A stretch of DNA of 63,500 nucleotides, filler included. It is 7 parts of 7 records of this genome, joined end to end, with 100 filler letters (N's around TTAATTAATTAA, not from the genome) between each part and the next. Parts side by side here need not be neighbours in the genome. Positions count along the whole stretch, not along the records: positions 45,928 to 54,887 come from SRR31156797_12830; positions 54,988 to 63,500 come from SRR31156797_12838; 5 more parts are not named here. One strand, 5' to 3'. Below are positions 51,027 to 61,240 of this stretch, one piece after another. The position numbers were made by a program, and so were the translations under genes. Below the pieces are notes generated by a model, which searched no databases, had not been told where the DNA came from, and was given only the letters and a program-made list of their open reading frames with translations. How positions within the stretch are numbered: the first letter of the stretch is position 1; each line of letters starts with the position of its first letter.

Positions 51027-51596
51027 ATGAAATTTACTACAAATGATTATTGGGAAGAGGAGTTTGAAAACTATAGCGATAAAACTATAGATGGGATATA
51101 TTTTGATAATTGTACTTTTATTAAATGTGATTTTTCTAAAAGTGTTATTCAAAGTTGTAAGTTTACAGAGTGTGAATTTATAAATTGTGATTTATCTCTT
51201 AGTTTATTAAAAGCATCAACATTTAACGATGTAAAATTTGAAAACTCAAAACTTATAGGAATCTCGTGGAGCTCTTGCGATGAGCCTTTTAATGTAGAGT
51301 TTAACTCTTGTAATTTATCACAAAACTCTTTTCATCTTATGGATTTAAGAAAAATGAAATTTATAAACTCTCTTATAAAAGATACAGGTTTTGAAGAGTG
51401 CAACTTAGAAAATGCAACCTTTGATGAGTGCAATTTAGAACAAACAGTTTTCATAAACAACAATCTAAAAAAAGCAAATTTTGAAAGCTCAAAAAACTAT
51501 TTAATCGACCCAAAATACAACAATATTGAAAAAGCACAATTTTCATTGCCTGAAGCTTTGAGTTTTTTAAGTTTGTTACCTATAAAAATAAAATAA
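51027..51596 (+). CDS. Pentapeptide-repeat protein
   Basis: C.F..CDFS / A.F..CNL 5-residue periodicity. Confidence 0.9.
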   Translation: MKFTTNDYWEEEFENYSDKTIDGIYFDNCTFIKCDFSKSVIQSCKFTECEFINCDLSLSLLKASTFNDVKFENSKLIGISWSSCDEPFNVEFNSCNLSQNSFHLMDLRKMKFINSLIKDTGFEECNLENATFDECNLEQTVFINNNLKKANFESSKNYLIDPKYNNIEKAQFSLPEALSFLSLLPIKIK

Positions 51597-51687
51597 AAAA
51601 GTTTAAAAAATAACACATTTTCTTAATTAATTAAGAGTTTATATTAAGTATAATATCTTACTTTTATTATAGCTACAAAGGTTAATT

Positions 51688-52059
51688 ATGCTTACCTCTA
51701 CAAATATTACACTTCAAGAAGCAACTTTAGTTGGGAATGCACTTGGAATAGATTGGAATACAATTGATATTCAACAATTTAGAAGAGGTCTTGAAGTAGA
51801 GCTTGAACACGGACTTGTGGATACAAACTCAAATGTAACAAACGATGATATGCTTCTAACAGGAAAGATTGCACTTGCACATTTAAATGAGCTTAGCGAT
51901 TATTATACGAGACTTGATATGATTGAAAATGTAAAACTAAATGTGGCGCAAAATACTCAAATATCAACTACAAATAGCACAATCAAAAATGTTGCTATAG
52001 GTTTGGCTTTGGGTGCAAGTGCAGTTGCACTGTTTAATTATTTCAAAAAAAGAAAGTAA
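51688..52059 (+). CDS. DUF5661-like protein with a C-terminal hydrophobic tail
   Basis: QFRRGLEVELEHG, NVTNDD...TGKIALAHLNE..DYYTRL. Confidence 0.78.
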   Translation: MLTSTNITLQEATLVGNALGIDWNTIDIQQFRRGLEVELEHGLVDTNSNVTNDDMLLTGKIALAHLNELSDYYTRLDMIENVKLNVAQNTQISTTNSTIKNVAIGLALGASAVALFNYFKKRK

Positions 52060-52074
52060 ATAATAAGGTTTCTT

Positions 52075-52554
52075 TTGGGGATAATCAAAGCAGATATAAA
52101 AGATTCAGAAAAGATATCTTTCATAATCAAAGAAGCTAACAAAGAAGTAGCAAAATCTTTTAATCTTGATATAAATAACTGTCCAAAACATCCATCTTTT
52201 TGTACAAAAGATTGGGTAATCTCAGATTTTGAAAAGAAGCAAGAGTATTTTTTGTATGAAAAAGATGCAAATATTGTAGCTTGTGTCGCTTTTGAAAATC
52301 CTAAAGCAGAGGTTGCCTATCTAAACCGTTTATCTGTTCTTCCTTCTTTTCAAAAACAAAATATAGGTGAAGAGCTTGTAAATTTTATCTTTGAGTATGC
52401 AAAAAGCAAAAATATAAAAAGAGTTAGTATAGGTATTATTGCAAAACATGAAAAGTTAAAAAACTGGTATTTGAAACTTGGATTTGAAGAGGGTAGAAAA
52501 AGTAGTTTCGAACATCTTCCTTTTGAAGTTTTGTATATGAATAAATACTTATAA
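52075..52554 (+). CDS. GNAT N-acetyltransferase
   Basis: LNRLSVLPSFQKQNIGEEL, WYLKLGF. Confidence 0.88.
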   Translation: MGIIKADIKDSEKISFIIKEANKEVAKSFNLDINNCPKHPSFCTKDWVISDFEKKQEYFLYEKDANIVACVAFENPKAEVAYLNRLSVLPSFQKQNIGEELVNFIFEYAKSKNIKRVSIGIIAKHEKLKNWYLKLGFEEGRKSSFEHLPFEVLYMNKYL

Positions 52555-52573
52555 CTTTTAGGAATAAATTTTA

Positions 52574-53167
52574 ATGAATATAGAAAAACAACTAGATATC
52601 TTATATCCTATTTTAAATGAAATCTCTCCCATTTCACAAGAAAATTGGCAGTTAGCGAAAGCATATTTTAAAACAAAAACACTAAAACATGGAGAACATC
52701 TTTTTTTTATGGAAGATGAAGTAAATGACTTTTTCTTTTTGATTGATGGATTAGCTAGATATTATTATCTAACAGAAGATGGAAAAGAGTTTAATAAATC
52801 TTTTGCAGAAAAAAAAGGACATTTAATAAGCAGTATCTCTTCTGTTTCTTTTGGAGTTGGTTCACCTTTTAGTGTAGAGGTTTTAAACTCACTTACTGTT
52901 TTATATATTTCTTATAAAAAACTTTTGGAACTTGGAAGTGAACATAAACAGTGGAATAATTTACTTCTTCGAATATATGAAAATCTTGTAGTAAAAAAAG
53001 AGAAAAGAGAAGCAGACTTTTTGCTTTTAAGTGCAAAAGAAAGATATGAAAAGTTTTTGAAAGATTATTCTATGATTGAAGCTGTTGTTCCAAACTATCA
53101 TATAGCTTCATATCTGGGTATAACTGATGTTGCTTTATCAAGAATAAGGAAAACATACAAGAATTAA
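52574..53167 (+). CDS. Crp/Fnr-family transcriptional regulator
   Basis: cNMP-binding-like N-domain, SAKERY, IASYLGIT..ALSRIR HTH. Confidence 0.9.
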   Translation: MNIEKQLDILYPILNEISPISQENWQLAKAYFKTKTLKHGEHLFFMEDEVNDFFFLIDGLARYYYLTEDGKEFNKSFAEKKGHLISSISSVSFGVGSPFSVEVLNSLTVLYISYKKLLELGSEHKQWNNLLLRIYENLVVKKEKREADFLLLSAKERYEKFLKDYSMIEAVVPNYHIASYLGITDVALSRIRKTYKN

Positions 53168-53205
53168 CCTAGGTTAATGACAAGAAGTGTTTTTAGATAT
53201 ATAAT
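53163..53205 (+). promoter_or_regulatory. TTAAC-N4-GTTAA box and TATAAT -10 upstream of EamA gene
   Basis: ATTAACCTAGGTTAAT perfect palindrome (53163-53178); TATAAT at 53200-53205. Confidence 0.7.
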
Positions 53206-53231
53206 TGCAAATCTTTTTTATAGGTTTAGAT

Positions 53232-54119
53232 ATGGATTTAAAAAGTATTTTACTTGCCCTTTTAGTTGTTTTTATATGGGGAACTAATTTTTCAGTTATT
53301 AAGTTTGGATTAGAAGAGTTACCGCCTATTCTTTTTTCTTCACTTAGATTTTTTATAGTTGCTATTCCTGCTGTGTTTTTTGTTCCCTTTCCTAAAACTT
53401 CTATTTGGGATGTTATTGGTGTTGGAACCTTTTTAGGTGTTTTAAAATTTTCATTTCTTTTTATTGCAATGAGAGAAGATGCAAGTGCTGGAATCTCTTC
53501 TTTATTATTGCAAGTTCAAGTAATATTCACAATACTTTTAAGTATGTTTATATTTAAAGAGAAAATATCAACTTCTCAGTATTTAGGTATTTTTATTGCA
53601 TTAATTGGATTCTCCTTTTTCTTTTTTACTGTTGATTCAAATATCACTATATTAGGTATTATTCTAATAGTTTGTGCAGCATTTTTTTGGTCAATTTCAA
53701 ATATTATAATGAAACAGATAAAAAGCGTTAATTTATTGCATTTTATGGTTTGGGTTAGTTTAGTTCCTCCTATTCCTCTTTTTATTTTATCTTATATCTT
53801 TGAGACTTCAGAGCCAATTGAAGTGTTATTTAATTCAAGTATAAAAACTTGGCTTTCATTAGCTTTTGTAGGATATATTTCAACTTTAATCGCTTTTGCA
53901 ATTTGGGGATGGTTACTGAAAAATTATAATTCAGCAGTTGTTACACCTTTTGCCCTTGTAATACCAATTGTTGGAATCATCAGTTCAAGTATATTACTTG
54001 ATGAAAAATTAAATAAAATGGAAGTTTTAGGTACGGTTTTTATTTTAATTGGTTTGACTACAATTGTTTTAGGTAATAAAATCAGTAAATATATATTTTT
54101 TAAAAAATATAAACTCTAA
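53232..54119 (+). CDS. EamA family transporter (O-acetylserine/cysteine exporter-like)
   Basis: IWGTNFSVIK.GL, PPI...LRF, WGWLL..Y....VTPF; likely start ATG 53232. Confidence 0.9.
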   Translation: MDLKSILLALLVVFIWGTNFSVIKFGLEELPPILFSSLRFFIVAIPAVFFVPFPKTSIWDVIGVGTFLGVLKFSFLFIAMREDASAGISSLLLQVQVIFTILLSMFIFKEKISTSQYLGIFIALIGFSFFFFTVDSNITILGIILIVCAAFFWSISNIIMKQIKSVNLLHFMVWVSLVPPIPLFILSYIFETSEPIEVLFNSSIKTWLSLAFVGYISTLIAFAIWGWLLKNYNSAVVTPFALVIPIVGIISSSILLDEKLNKMEVLGTVFILIGLTTIVLGNKISKYIFFKKYKL

Positions 54120-54171
54120 TATAGATTAAAAAGATAAAATACAAATTTATATTGATATTTAAAGGAATACA

Positions 54172-54660
54172 ATGCTAGTTCGAGATGCTGATATTTCTGA
54201 TTTTGAGCAAATCACAAAAATTTACAATTATTATATTAAAGAGACTGTGATTACATTTGAAGAAGAGTTAGTTAATTCAAAAGATATGATTGAAAGATTT
54301 GAAAAGATTATAAAAACAAATTTACCTTGGATTGTTGTAGAGGAAAATGGGGATATTTTAGGTTATGCTTATGCCCATTTCTGGCACGAAAGAAGCGCTT
54401 ATAGATTTACTGTAGAGCCTTCAATTTATCTAAATCAAAATCATTTAGGAAAAGGTTTAGGAAAAATTTTATATGAAGAGTTGATAAATCGTTTGAAAAA
54501 ACTTGGAATCAAAAATGTATTAAGTTTAATAACTGTACCTAATGATGCTAGTTTAGCATTACACAGAAAATTTGGATTTGAGGTTGTAGGAAGATTACCT
54601 GATATTGGATTTAAATTTGAAAAGTGGCAAAGCACTGAATTTTGGCAGTTGAGGTTATAG
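54172..54660 (+). CDS. GNAT acetyltransferase, phosphinothricin/MnaT-like
   Basis: IYNYYI..TVITFEE, RSAYRFTVE.SIY, GKGLG, NDASLALH.KFGF, GFKF.KW. Confidence 0.9.
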   Translation: MLVRDADISDFEQITKIYNYYIKETVITFEEELVNSKDMIERFEKIIKTNLPWIVVEENGDILGYAYAHFWHERSAYRFTVEPSIYLNQNHLGKGLGKILYEELINRLKKLGIKNVLSLITVPNDASLALHRKFGFEVVGRLPDIGFKFEKWQSTEFWQLRL

Positions 54661-54662
54661 TT

Positions 54663-54691
54663 TATAAAAGTAGCTTAATGCTACTTTTATA
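54663..54691. terminator. Bidirectional terminator between convergent genes
   Basis: TATAAAAGTAGC-ttaat-GCTACTTTTATA. Confidence 0.8.
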
Positions 54692-54694
54692 GGA

Positions 54695-54887
54695 TTATAC
54701 TGCAGTTACGTTTTCTGCTTGTGGACCTTTTTCACCTTGAGCAATTTCGAAAGTTACTTTTTGACCATCTTCTAGTGAAACTCTACCATAACCAGTTCTG
54801 TTGATTTGTCTATAGTGTACAAATACATCTTTTCCACCATTTTCTTGTTCGATAAATCCGAAACCTTTTTCACTGTTGAACCATTTT
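54695..54887 (-). CDS. Cold-shock protein (5' truncated; absent from the ORF track)
   Basis: [12 protein letters not shown] (RNP1), DVFVHY (RNP2), KGPQAENV. Confidence 0.93.
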
Positions 54888-54987
54888 NNNNNNNNNNNNN
54901 NNNNNNNNNNNNNNNNNNNNNNNNNNNNNNNTTAATTAATTAANNNNNNNNNNNNNNNNNNNNNNNNNNNNNNNNNNNNNNNNNNNN
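54888..54987. other. Artificial contig-joining spacer
   Basis: Same 100-nt N/TTAATTAATTAA block. Confidence 0.98.
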
Positions 54988-55041
54988 TAGACTTAGGATC
55001 TAGTGCCGCAAGGCGTGTGGGTTCGAGTCCCTCCATCCGCA
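54988..55041 (+). tRNA. tRNA-Leu(TAG), 5' truncated
   Basis: Anticodon arm TAGA-CT-TAG-GA-TCTA, long variable arm GCCGCAAGGC, GGTTCGAGTCC. Confidence 0.88.
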
Positions 55042-55122
55042 CTTTATTTTTGAAAACCGCCCTTCATTTTTTGAATGGCGGTTTTTCTTAATTGTACTAT
55101 TTGAAACTTAACATCTGATTAA

Positions 55123-56475
55123 ATGGATATTACGCTCAACAAAAAAGACGATCTTAATGCTACGATTACAATAAAAGTAGTACAAGACGATTACCAGGAA
55201 AAAGTTGATAATGTATTAAAAGATTATCGCAAAAAGGCAAACATACCAGGTTTCAGACCAGGTAAAGTTCCTATGGGATATGTGAAGAAAATGTACGGAA
55301 AAGCAATTTTAGTAGATGAAATCAATAAAATTCTATCTGAATCACTTGTAGATTACATGAGAAAAGAAGAATTGAATGTGCTTGGTGAGCCCCTTCCATC
55401 AGAAGAAAGTGAGAAAAATCCAATTGACTGGGACAATCAAACTGATTTCGAATTTACTTTTGATATAGCTCAAGCTCCGGAATTTGAAGTTAAACTTTCA
55501 AAAAGAGAAAAAATTAACTTTTACGAACTAAAACCAGACGAAAAGTTAATTGAAGACACAATTAAAAACTATGCTTACCGTGCTGGAAGTAATAAGCCTG
55601 TTGATGAAATCAAAGATTTAGACGAAACACTTAAAGGTGACATTGTTGAATTAGATGGAGGCAATGTAAAAGAAGACGGAATCAATAAAGAAAACGGTTT
55701 GATGACCCTTCAGGTAATGAAAGATGACAAAATTAAAGAATCTTTCAAAGGTAAAAAAGTAGGTGATGCTGTTGACTTTGACTTGAGAAAAGCTTATCCA
55801 AATGACACTGAAATTGCGTCTCTATTGGAAATTACAAAAGAAGATGCTGCTGAAATAAAATCTAATTTCAGAATTACAATCAGCGAAATTAATAAATTCG
55901 AGCCAGCTGAAGTAAATCAAGAACTTTACGACCAACTTTATGGAGAAGGTAATGTAAAATCAGATAAAGAATTTAAAGAAAAAGTTGTTGAAGAAATCAA
56001 AAACAGCTTTAAACCGCAAAGCGAATATAAATTCTTATTGGATGCTAAAGATAAATTAGTTGACAAACTAAATTTAGATCTTCCTGATGAGTTCCTGAAA
56101 AGATGGTTAGATGCCACGAATAAGGAATTGACTATGGAAAAAATCGAGGAAGATTATGAAAGTTTCCAAAAAGATATGCAATGGCAATTGATTGTTGACA
56201 AGATTTATAAAACTAACGAGTTTAAAATCGAAGAAGCTGAAATCATGGATTTTGCTAAAGAATCAACTCGTCAACAATTCATGCAATATGGCCTGAGCTA
56301 TGTGCCAGATGAGCAACTTGAAAATTATTCAAAAGAAATTGTATCGAAACCTGAAGAACGTAGAAAAATTATAGATAAATTAGTGGAAAATAAAGTGCTT
56401 GATTTTATCAAGGAATCTGTGAAAATTGAAAACAAAGCAGTTTCAATGGACGAATTCAATAACTTTTTCAAATAA
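55123..56475 (+). CDS. tig: Trigger factor
   Basis: [10 protein letters not shown] signature; tig-clpP-clpX order. Confidence 0.95.
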   Translation: MDITLNKKDDLNATITIKVVQDDYQEKVDNVLKDYRKKANIPGFRPGKVPMGYVKKMYGKAILVDEINKILSESLVDYMRKEELNVLGEPLPSEESEKNPIDWDNQTDFEFTFDIAQAPEFEVKLSKREKINFYELKPDEKLIEDTIKNYAYRAGSNKPVDEIKDLDETLKGDIVELDGGNVKEDGINKENGLMTLQVMKDDKIKESFKGKKVGDAVDFDLRKAYPNDTEIASLLEITKEDAAEIKSNFRITISEINKFEPAEVNQELYDQLYGEGNVKSDKEFKEKVVEEIKNSFKPQSEYKFLLDAKDKLVDKLNLDLPDEFLKRWLDATNKELTMEKIEEDYESFQKDMQWQLIVDKIYKTNEFKIEEAEIMDFAKESTRQQFMQYGLSYVPDEQLENYSKEIVSKPEERRKIIDKLVENKVLDFIKESVKIENKAVSMDEFNNFFK

Positions 56476-56483
56476 TTTATCAT

Positions 56484-57170
56484 ATGAGCTCACAAAATAA
56501 CGAATTTAGGAAATACGCGACCAAACACCTTGGAATTAGTTCAATGGTGCTTGATCAATATAATAATGAAGTTTACAATAATTTCATTTCACCTACCATT
56601 ATTGAGGAGCGCAGATTAAACATCGCCACAATGGATGTTTTCTCTCGTCTAATGATGGATCGTATCATCTTTTTGGGCCTTCCTATTGATGATTACGTAG
56701 CCAATATTATTCAAGCTCAATTGCTATTCCTTGAATCAACTGACCCTAGTAAAGACATTCAAATTTACTTCAACTCACCAGGTGGTTCTGTTTACGCAGG
56801 TTTAGGTATATACGATACAATGCAGTATATATCAGCTGACGTGGCAACTATTTGTACAGGAATGGCAGCCTCTATGGGTGCTGTACTTTTAACAGCAGGT
56901 GAAAAAGGAAAGCGCTCAGCTCTGAAACATTCACGTATTATGATCCACCAACCGATGGGTGGTGCTCAAGGTCAGGCTGTTGATATTGAAATTACCGCCA
57001 AACAAATTTTGCAATTACGTAAAGAACTTTATGAAATAATTGCAGAGCATTCTGGCAATACTTACGAAAGAATCGAAAAAGATTCTGATCGTGACTTCTG
57101 GATGACAGCGCAGGAAGCCAAAGAATACGGAATGATTGATGAAGTTTTACAACGTACTAAAGACAAATAA
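56484..57170 (+). CDS. clpP: ATP-dependent Clp protease proteolytic subunit
   Basis: [38 protein letters not shown]. Confidence 0.97.
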   Translation: MSSQNNEFRKYATKHLGISSMVLDQYNNEVYNNFISPTIIEERRLNIATMDVFSRLMMDRIIFLGLPIDDYVANIIQAQLLFLESTDPSKDIQIYFNSPGGSVYAGLGIYDTMQYISADVATICTGMAASMGAVLLTAGEKGKRSALKHSRIMIHQPMGGAQGQAVDIEITAKQILQLRKELYEIIAEHSGNTYERIEKDSDRDFWMTAQEAKEYGMIDEVLQRTKDK

Positions 57171-57294
57171 AATATAGCTTCTCAAAACAAATAAGATGCA
57201 GAGTCAAACTGGCTCTGCATTCTTGTTTTACAGAATAAACCATTAAATTTGTTGCATATTTTTTGGTACAGTATATTAAAAAAAAGTTTACCCA

Positions 57295-58506
57295 ATGAAT
57301 AAATGTTCCTTTTGCGGAAGAAATGAAAAAGATGTAAATCTATTAATTGCAGGAATCAGCGGTCATATATGTGATTCTTGTATTGAACAGGCATATTCCA
57401 TTGTAAATGAAGAATTAAAAAATAAATCTTCATTTTCATCCAGTCAGTTAAAAGTTAAAAAACCACAAGAAATAAAAGAATTTCTTGACCAATATGTAAT
57501 TGGTCAGGATACTGCCAAAAAGTTTCTTTCTGTTGCCGTATACAACCACTATAAAAGGTTGCAGCAACATATTGATGATGATATCGAAATCGAAAAATCA
57601 AATATTGCACTTGTTGGACGAACAGGTACTGGAAAAACACTTTTAGCAAGAACTATAGCTAAAATGCTTGATGTTCCATTCACAATTGTTGATGCAACTG
57701 TATTAACTGAAGCAGGTTATGTAGGCGAAGATATTGAAAGTGTACTTACTCGATTGCTTCAAGCTGCTGATTATGATGTGCAAGCAGCCGAAAGAGGCAT
57801 TGTGTTTATCGATGAAATTGATAAAATTGCCCGTAAAGGAGATAATCCTAGTATAACCCGTGATGTTTCTGGAGAAGGCGTTCAGCAAGGTTTATTAAAG
57901 CTATTGGAAGGTTCAATAATAAACGTTCCGCCACAAGGAGGTCGAAAGCACCCGGACCAAAAAATGATTGCTGTCAATACAAAAAATATATTGTTTATAG
58001 TTGGTGGTGCATTTGATGGCATTGATAGAAAAATTGCCAATAGGCTTAACACAACCGTAGTTGGTTATAATGCATCAAAAGAATCACATCATATTGACAG
58101 AGACAACTTATTACAGTATGTTGCACCTCAGGATTTAAAAAGCTTTGGATTAATTCCAGAAATCATTGGTCGCCTGCCAGTACTAACATACCTGGATCCT
58201 CTTGATAGAGATGCACTTATTAGAATTCTTACTGAACCCAAAAACTCAATCATTAAACAGTACAAGAAGCTTTTCAAAATGGATAACATTGAATTATCAT
58301 TTGATAGTAATGTTTTAGACTATATAGTTGATAAAGCCATTGAATTTAAGCTTGGTGCACGTGGATTACGTTCAATATGCGAGCATATTATGATGGATGC
58401 CATGTACGAGGCACCTTCAACAAAAAAGGATAAGGTCAGAATCACTGTTAAATATGCTCAAAAGAAATTATCAAATATTGATTCCCAAAAATTAAGAGTA
58501 GCCTAA
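57295..58506 (+). CDS. clpX: ATP-dependent Clp protease ATP-binding subunit
   Basis: CSFCG..CDSC zinc finger, [32 protein letters not shown]. Confidence 0.97.
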   Translation: MNKCSFCGRNEKDVNLLIAGISGHICDSCIEQAYSIVNEELKNKSSFSSSQLKVKKPQEIKEFLDQYVIGQDTAKKFLSVAVYNHYKRLQQHIDDDIEIEKSNIALVGRTGTGKTLLARTIAKMLDVPFTIVDATVLTEAGYVGEDIESVLTRLLQAADYDVQAAERGIVFIDEIDKIARKGDNPSITRDVSGEGVQQGLLKLLEGSIINVPPQGGRKHPDQKMIAVNTKNILFIVGGAFDGIDRKIANRLNTTVVGYNASKESHHIDRDNLLQYVAPQDLKSFGLIPEIIGRLPVLTYLDPLDRDALIRILTEPKNSIIKQYKKLFKMDNIELSFDSNVLDYIVDKAIEFKLGARGLRSICEHIMMDAMYEAPSTKKDKVRITVKYAQKKLSNIDSQKLRVA

Positions 58507-58509
58507 GGG

Positions 58510-59160
58510 CTACTTTTTCTTTTTGCGTGGAGGTAAAGTTTCAAGTCTTCCAGTTTCTATTTTCACAACGATCTCCTCAATTATCCTGTCTAAACCTTTA
58601 GATGGATCATATGAAGTCTTAAGGTTTTCTCCAAATATGCGAGCAATAGATTGCCAAAATAAGGCAGGCAAATGGCCCCTGAGAGATTCCACCAAATAAA
58701 AAGAAGTCTTACCTGTTTCCCGGTCAATTAGTTTTAAAAGTATGCGCCCCTCTGTTACAGTCAATTGTTTTAATTCGTCCATATACCTATCGCGAAGGGC
58801 TTTATCATAGGCACGCATAAATCGTTTACGCTGCCTTTCAGTTTCAATCTGAGGGAGCGTATCATAAATATCCTGCAAAATCTTTACGGCTAAACGTGCG
58901 TATGGATATGCTCTGCGAACCTTCCTAGCAAACTTTATATAGCGTAAATTATATCGTGTTCTTTTGCTTAAATCTCTTCTTGGGTAAATTGTAATTGTTC
59001 TTAAATTTACTAGACCTATACTGTCTCCATTCTCAATAACCATAGGTAATACGAAATAATAACCTTGTTCCTCAATTGTTTGGGCATTATTTTTTTGCAA
59101 TCCGACAATTACGAACAAAAGAGCGAATAATAATGTCTTAACTATTAATTCATTTTTCAT
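58510..59160 (-). CDS. DUF4294-family protein
   Basis: AYPYARLA, L...EG.ILLKLIDRETG, FWQ..AR.FG.NLK..YDP; signal peptide. Confidence 0.82.
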   Translation of the reverse strand: MKNELIVKTLLFALLFVIVGLQKNNAQTIEEQGYYFVLPMVIENGDSIGLVNLRTITIYPRRDLSKRTRYNLRYIKFARKVRRAYPYARLAVKILQDIYDTLPQIETERQRKRFMRAYDKALRDRYMDELKQLTVTEGRILLKLIDRETGKTSFYLVESLRGHLPALFWQSIARIFGENLKTSYDPSKGLDRIIEEIVVKIETGRLETLPPRKKKK

Positions 59161-59250
59161 TTGCCACCTATATTCCTATTTTTGTGCACTCATAATAGTA
59201 ACAAAAAATTAAACAAATAAACATAAATGTAGATTCAAAATAACGCAAAA

Positions 59251-60087
59251 ATGCAATTATTTAATATTGAAACCGGAAAATTCAAAGCTGATGGCGGAAC
59301 AATGTTCGGTGTTGTTCCAAAGCCCCTATGGCAAAGAAAGTATAAAGCAGATGAAAATAATTTATGCAGTATTGCAGATAGAGGTTTATTGATCGATAAT
59401 GGTGAAAGAAAAATATTAGTTGATACAGGAATTGGTGATAAACAAGATGAGAAATACCTATCATTTCATCATTTACATGGAGATGATAATTTGGTTAAAT
59501 CAATTCATACAGCAGGTTACAAAGAAGAAGATATTACAGATATTATTTTGACCCACTTACACTGGGATCATTGTGGCGGTGCTGTAATAAGAAACGATAA
59601 CGGTGAACTTAAAATGAGATTCTCCAATGCCAATATCTGGGTTAGCAAGGATCAATGGGAATGGGCCATAAATCCTAATATTAGAGAAGCTCCAGCATTT
59701 TTAGAAGAGAATATTCTTCCATTAAAAGAGTCCGGAAAATTACAATTAGTTGAAAATGAAGGTGAAATAATTCCAGGAATAGAAGTAAAGCTATTTCAAG
59801 GTCACACCAAAGGACTCATGCTCCCAATAATTAATAAAGATGGTCGAAAAGTATTATTTGCAGGTGATCTAATACCTGTGGCAGCCAATATTCCATTGGT
59901 ATATGTGGCAGCATTTGATATTTTACCTTTAGAAACAATCAAAGAGAAAGAAAGCATGCTAAAGCAAGCTGTTAAAGAAAACTGGATCATAGTTATTCAA
60001 CATGATATTCATATAGAAGCATGTACTGTAAAAGAGACTCCAAAAGGCATTCGAGAGGACAAAATTTTAAAAATTTCAGAGATATAA
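59251..60087 (+). CDS. MBL-fold metallo-hydrolase (YtnP-like)
   Basis: DGG.MFGVVPK.LW, LVDTG, THLHWDHCGG, GHT, GDL, HD. Confidence 0.9.
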   Translation: MQLFNIETGKFKADGGTMFGVVPKPLWQRKYKADENNLCSIADRGLLIDNGERKILVDTGIGDKQDEKYLSFHHLHGDDNLVKSIHTAGYKEEDITDIILTHLHWDHCGGAVIRNDNGELKMRFSNANIWVSKDQWEWAINPNIREAPAFLEENILPLKESGKLQLVENEGEIIPGIEVKLFQGHTKGLMLPIINKDGRKVLFAGDLIPVAANIPLVYVAAFDILPLETIKEKESMLKQAVKENWIIVIQHDIHIEACTVKETPKGIREDKILKISEI

Positions 60088-60132
60088 AAAAGGGGGCTAA
60101 AGTCCCCCCTTCATTAACTTGCATATTTAATA

Positions 60133-61071
60133 TTAAAGAATATTCATTCCTTTTAACACATCCAACGTGGCTTTAACAGATTCTGCTGATCTATCAAGCA
60201 TTGCACGCTCTTCTTTATTTAGATCAATCTCTATAATCTTTTCTATTCCATTTCGCCCCAAAATAATTGGTACACCCAGGTAAATATCTTTTAAACCATA
60301 TTCACCATCCAAATAAGCAGCTACAGGATAAGCACATTGTTGATCGTTCAAAATAGCCTCAACCATCTGAGCAGCAGCAGCTCCAGGCGCATACCACGCT
60401 GATGTCCCCATCAATTGTACCAGCTCTCCACCACCTTTACGAGTACGATCAATAATTGCTTCTAGTCTATCTTTTGGGATTAATTGTTCAACTGGAATTC
60501 CAGCCACAGATGTATAACGTGGAAGTGGAACCATTGTATCACCATGTCCTCCTAATAAAAGTCCTTGAATACATTTTGGTGAGATTTTCAATTCATCCGC
60601 TAAAAATGCTTTATAGCGACTAGAATCTAAAATTCCCGCCATACCAATAACTCTTTCTCTAGGGAAATTAGCCGTTGCATATGCAGTATATGCCATAACA
60701 TCTAGAGGATTGGATACAACTACAATGATTGCATCTGGAGAGTACTTTGCTACTTGTTCAGTTACCTCTTTTACAATCTTAGCATTTGTATTAATAAGAT
60801 CGTCACGAGACATTCCTGGTTTACGTGGTAATCCACTTGTGATAACAACTACTGAAGAATCTTTTGTTGCTTCGTAATCATTAGTAACACCTTTAACTCT
60901 TGTATGAAATGAGTCAACTGAAGATGTTTGCCACATATCAAGAGCTTTCCCTTCGGCAACACCCTCTTTGATGTCTAATATTACAACCTCGTTTACAAGG
61001 TTTTTACGAGCGATAACGTTTGCGCAAGTTGCGCCAACATTTCCGGCTCCAATAACTGAAACTTTTCTCAT
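60133..61071 (-). CDS. mdh: Malate dehydrogenase (LDH-like), copy 2
   Basis: VIGAGNVG, GLPRKPGMSRDDL, VSNPLD, GGHGD, TSAWYAPG. Confidence 0.93.
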   Translation of the reverse strand: MRKVSVIGAGNVGATCANVIARKNLVNEVVILDIKEGVAEGKALDMWQTSSVDSFHTRVKGVTNDYEATKDSSVVVITSGLPRKPGMSRDDLINTNAKIVKEVTEQVAKYSPDAIIVVVSNPLDVMAYTAYATANFPRERVIGMAGILDSSRYKAFLADELKISPKCIQGLLLGGHGDTMVPLPRYTSVAGIPVEQLIPKDRLEAIIDRTRKGGGELVQLMGTSAWYAPGAAAAQMVEAILNDQQCAYPVAAYLDGEYGLKDIYLGVPIILGRNGIEKIIEIDLNKEERAMLDRSAESVKATLDVLKGMNIL

Positions 61072-61240
61072 AATTGATAGATTTTTTTGTTTGCTTTGCC
61101 AATTAAAACAACAAGGGTTTTAAAAGGTTGCAATATTTTTAATTTTACCGTTGTATGGTAAAAATAATATAAAATATCAATTATAAAAACTATCTATATA
61201 TTAATATATATCAAATTATTTTCTAGGGAAGATCAAAAAA

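Noticed and set aside
51027-51596. Pentapeptide-repeat protein as a qnr gene
   Set aside because: Repeat periodicity alone does not establish Qnr function; an HMM match or phenotype is needed.
51621-51636. TCTTAATTAATTAAGA, containing the linker sequence
   Set aside because: No flanking Ns and the context is continuous AT-rich intergenic DNA; probably a natural palindrome.
6464-54987. Six regularly recurring TTAATTAATTAA motifs within N runs, and abrupt GC shifts
   Set aside because: Artificial contig linkers. They are not CRISPR repeats or genomic-island boundaries, and no gene linkage across them is meaningful.
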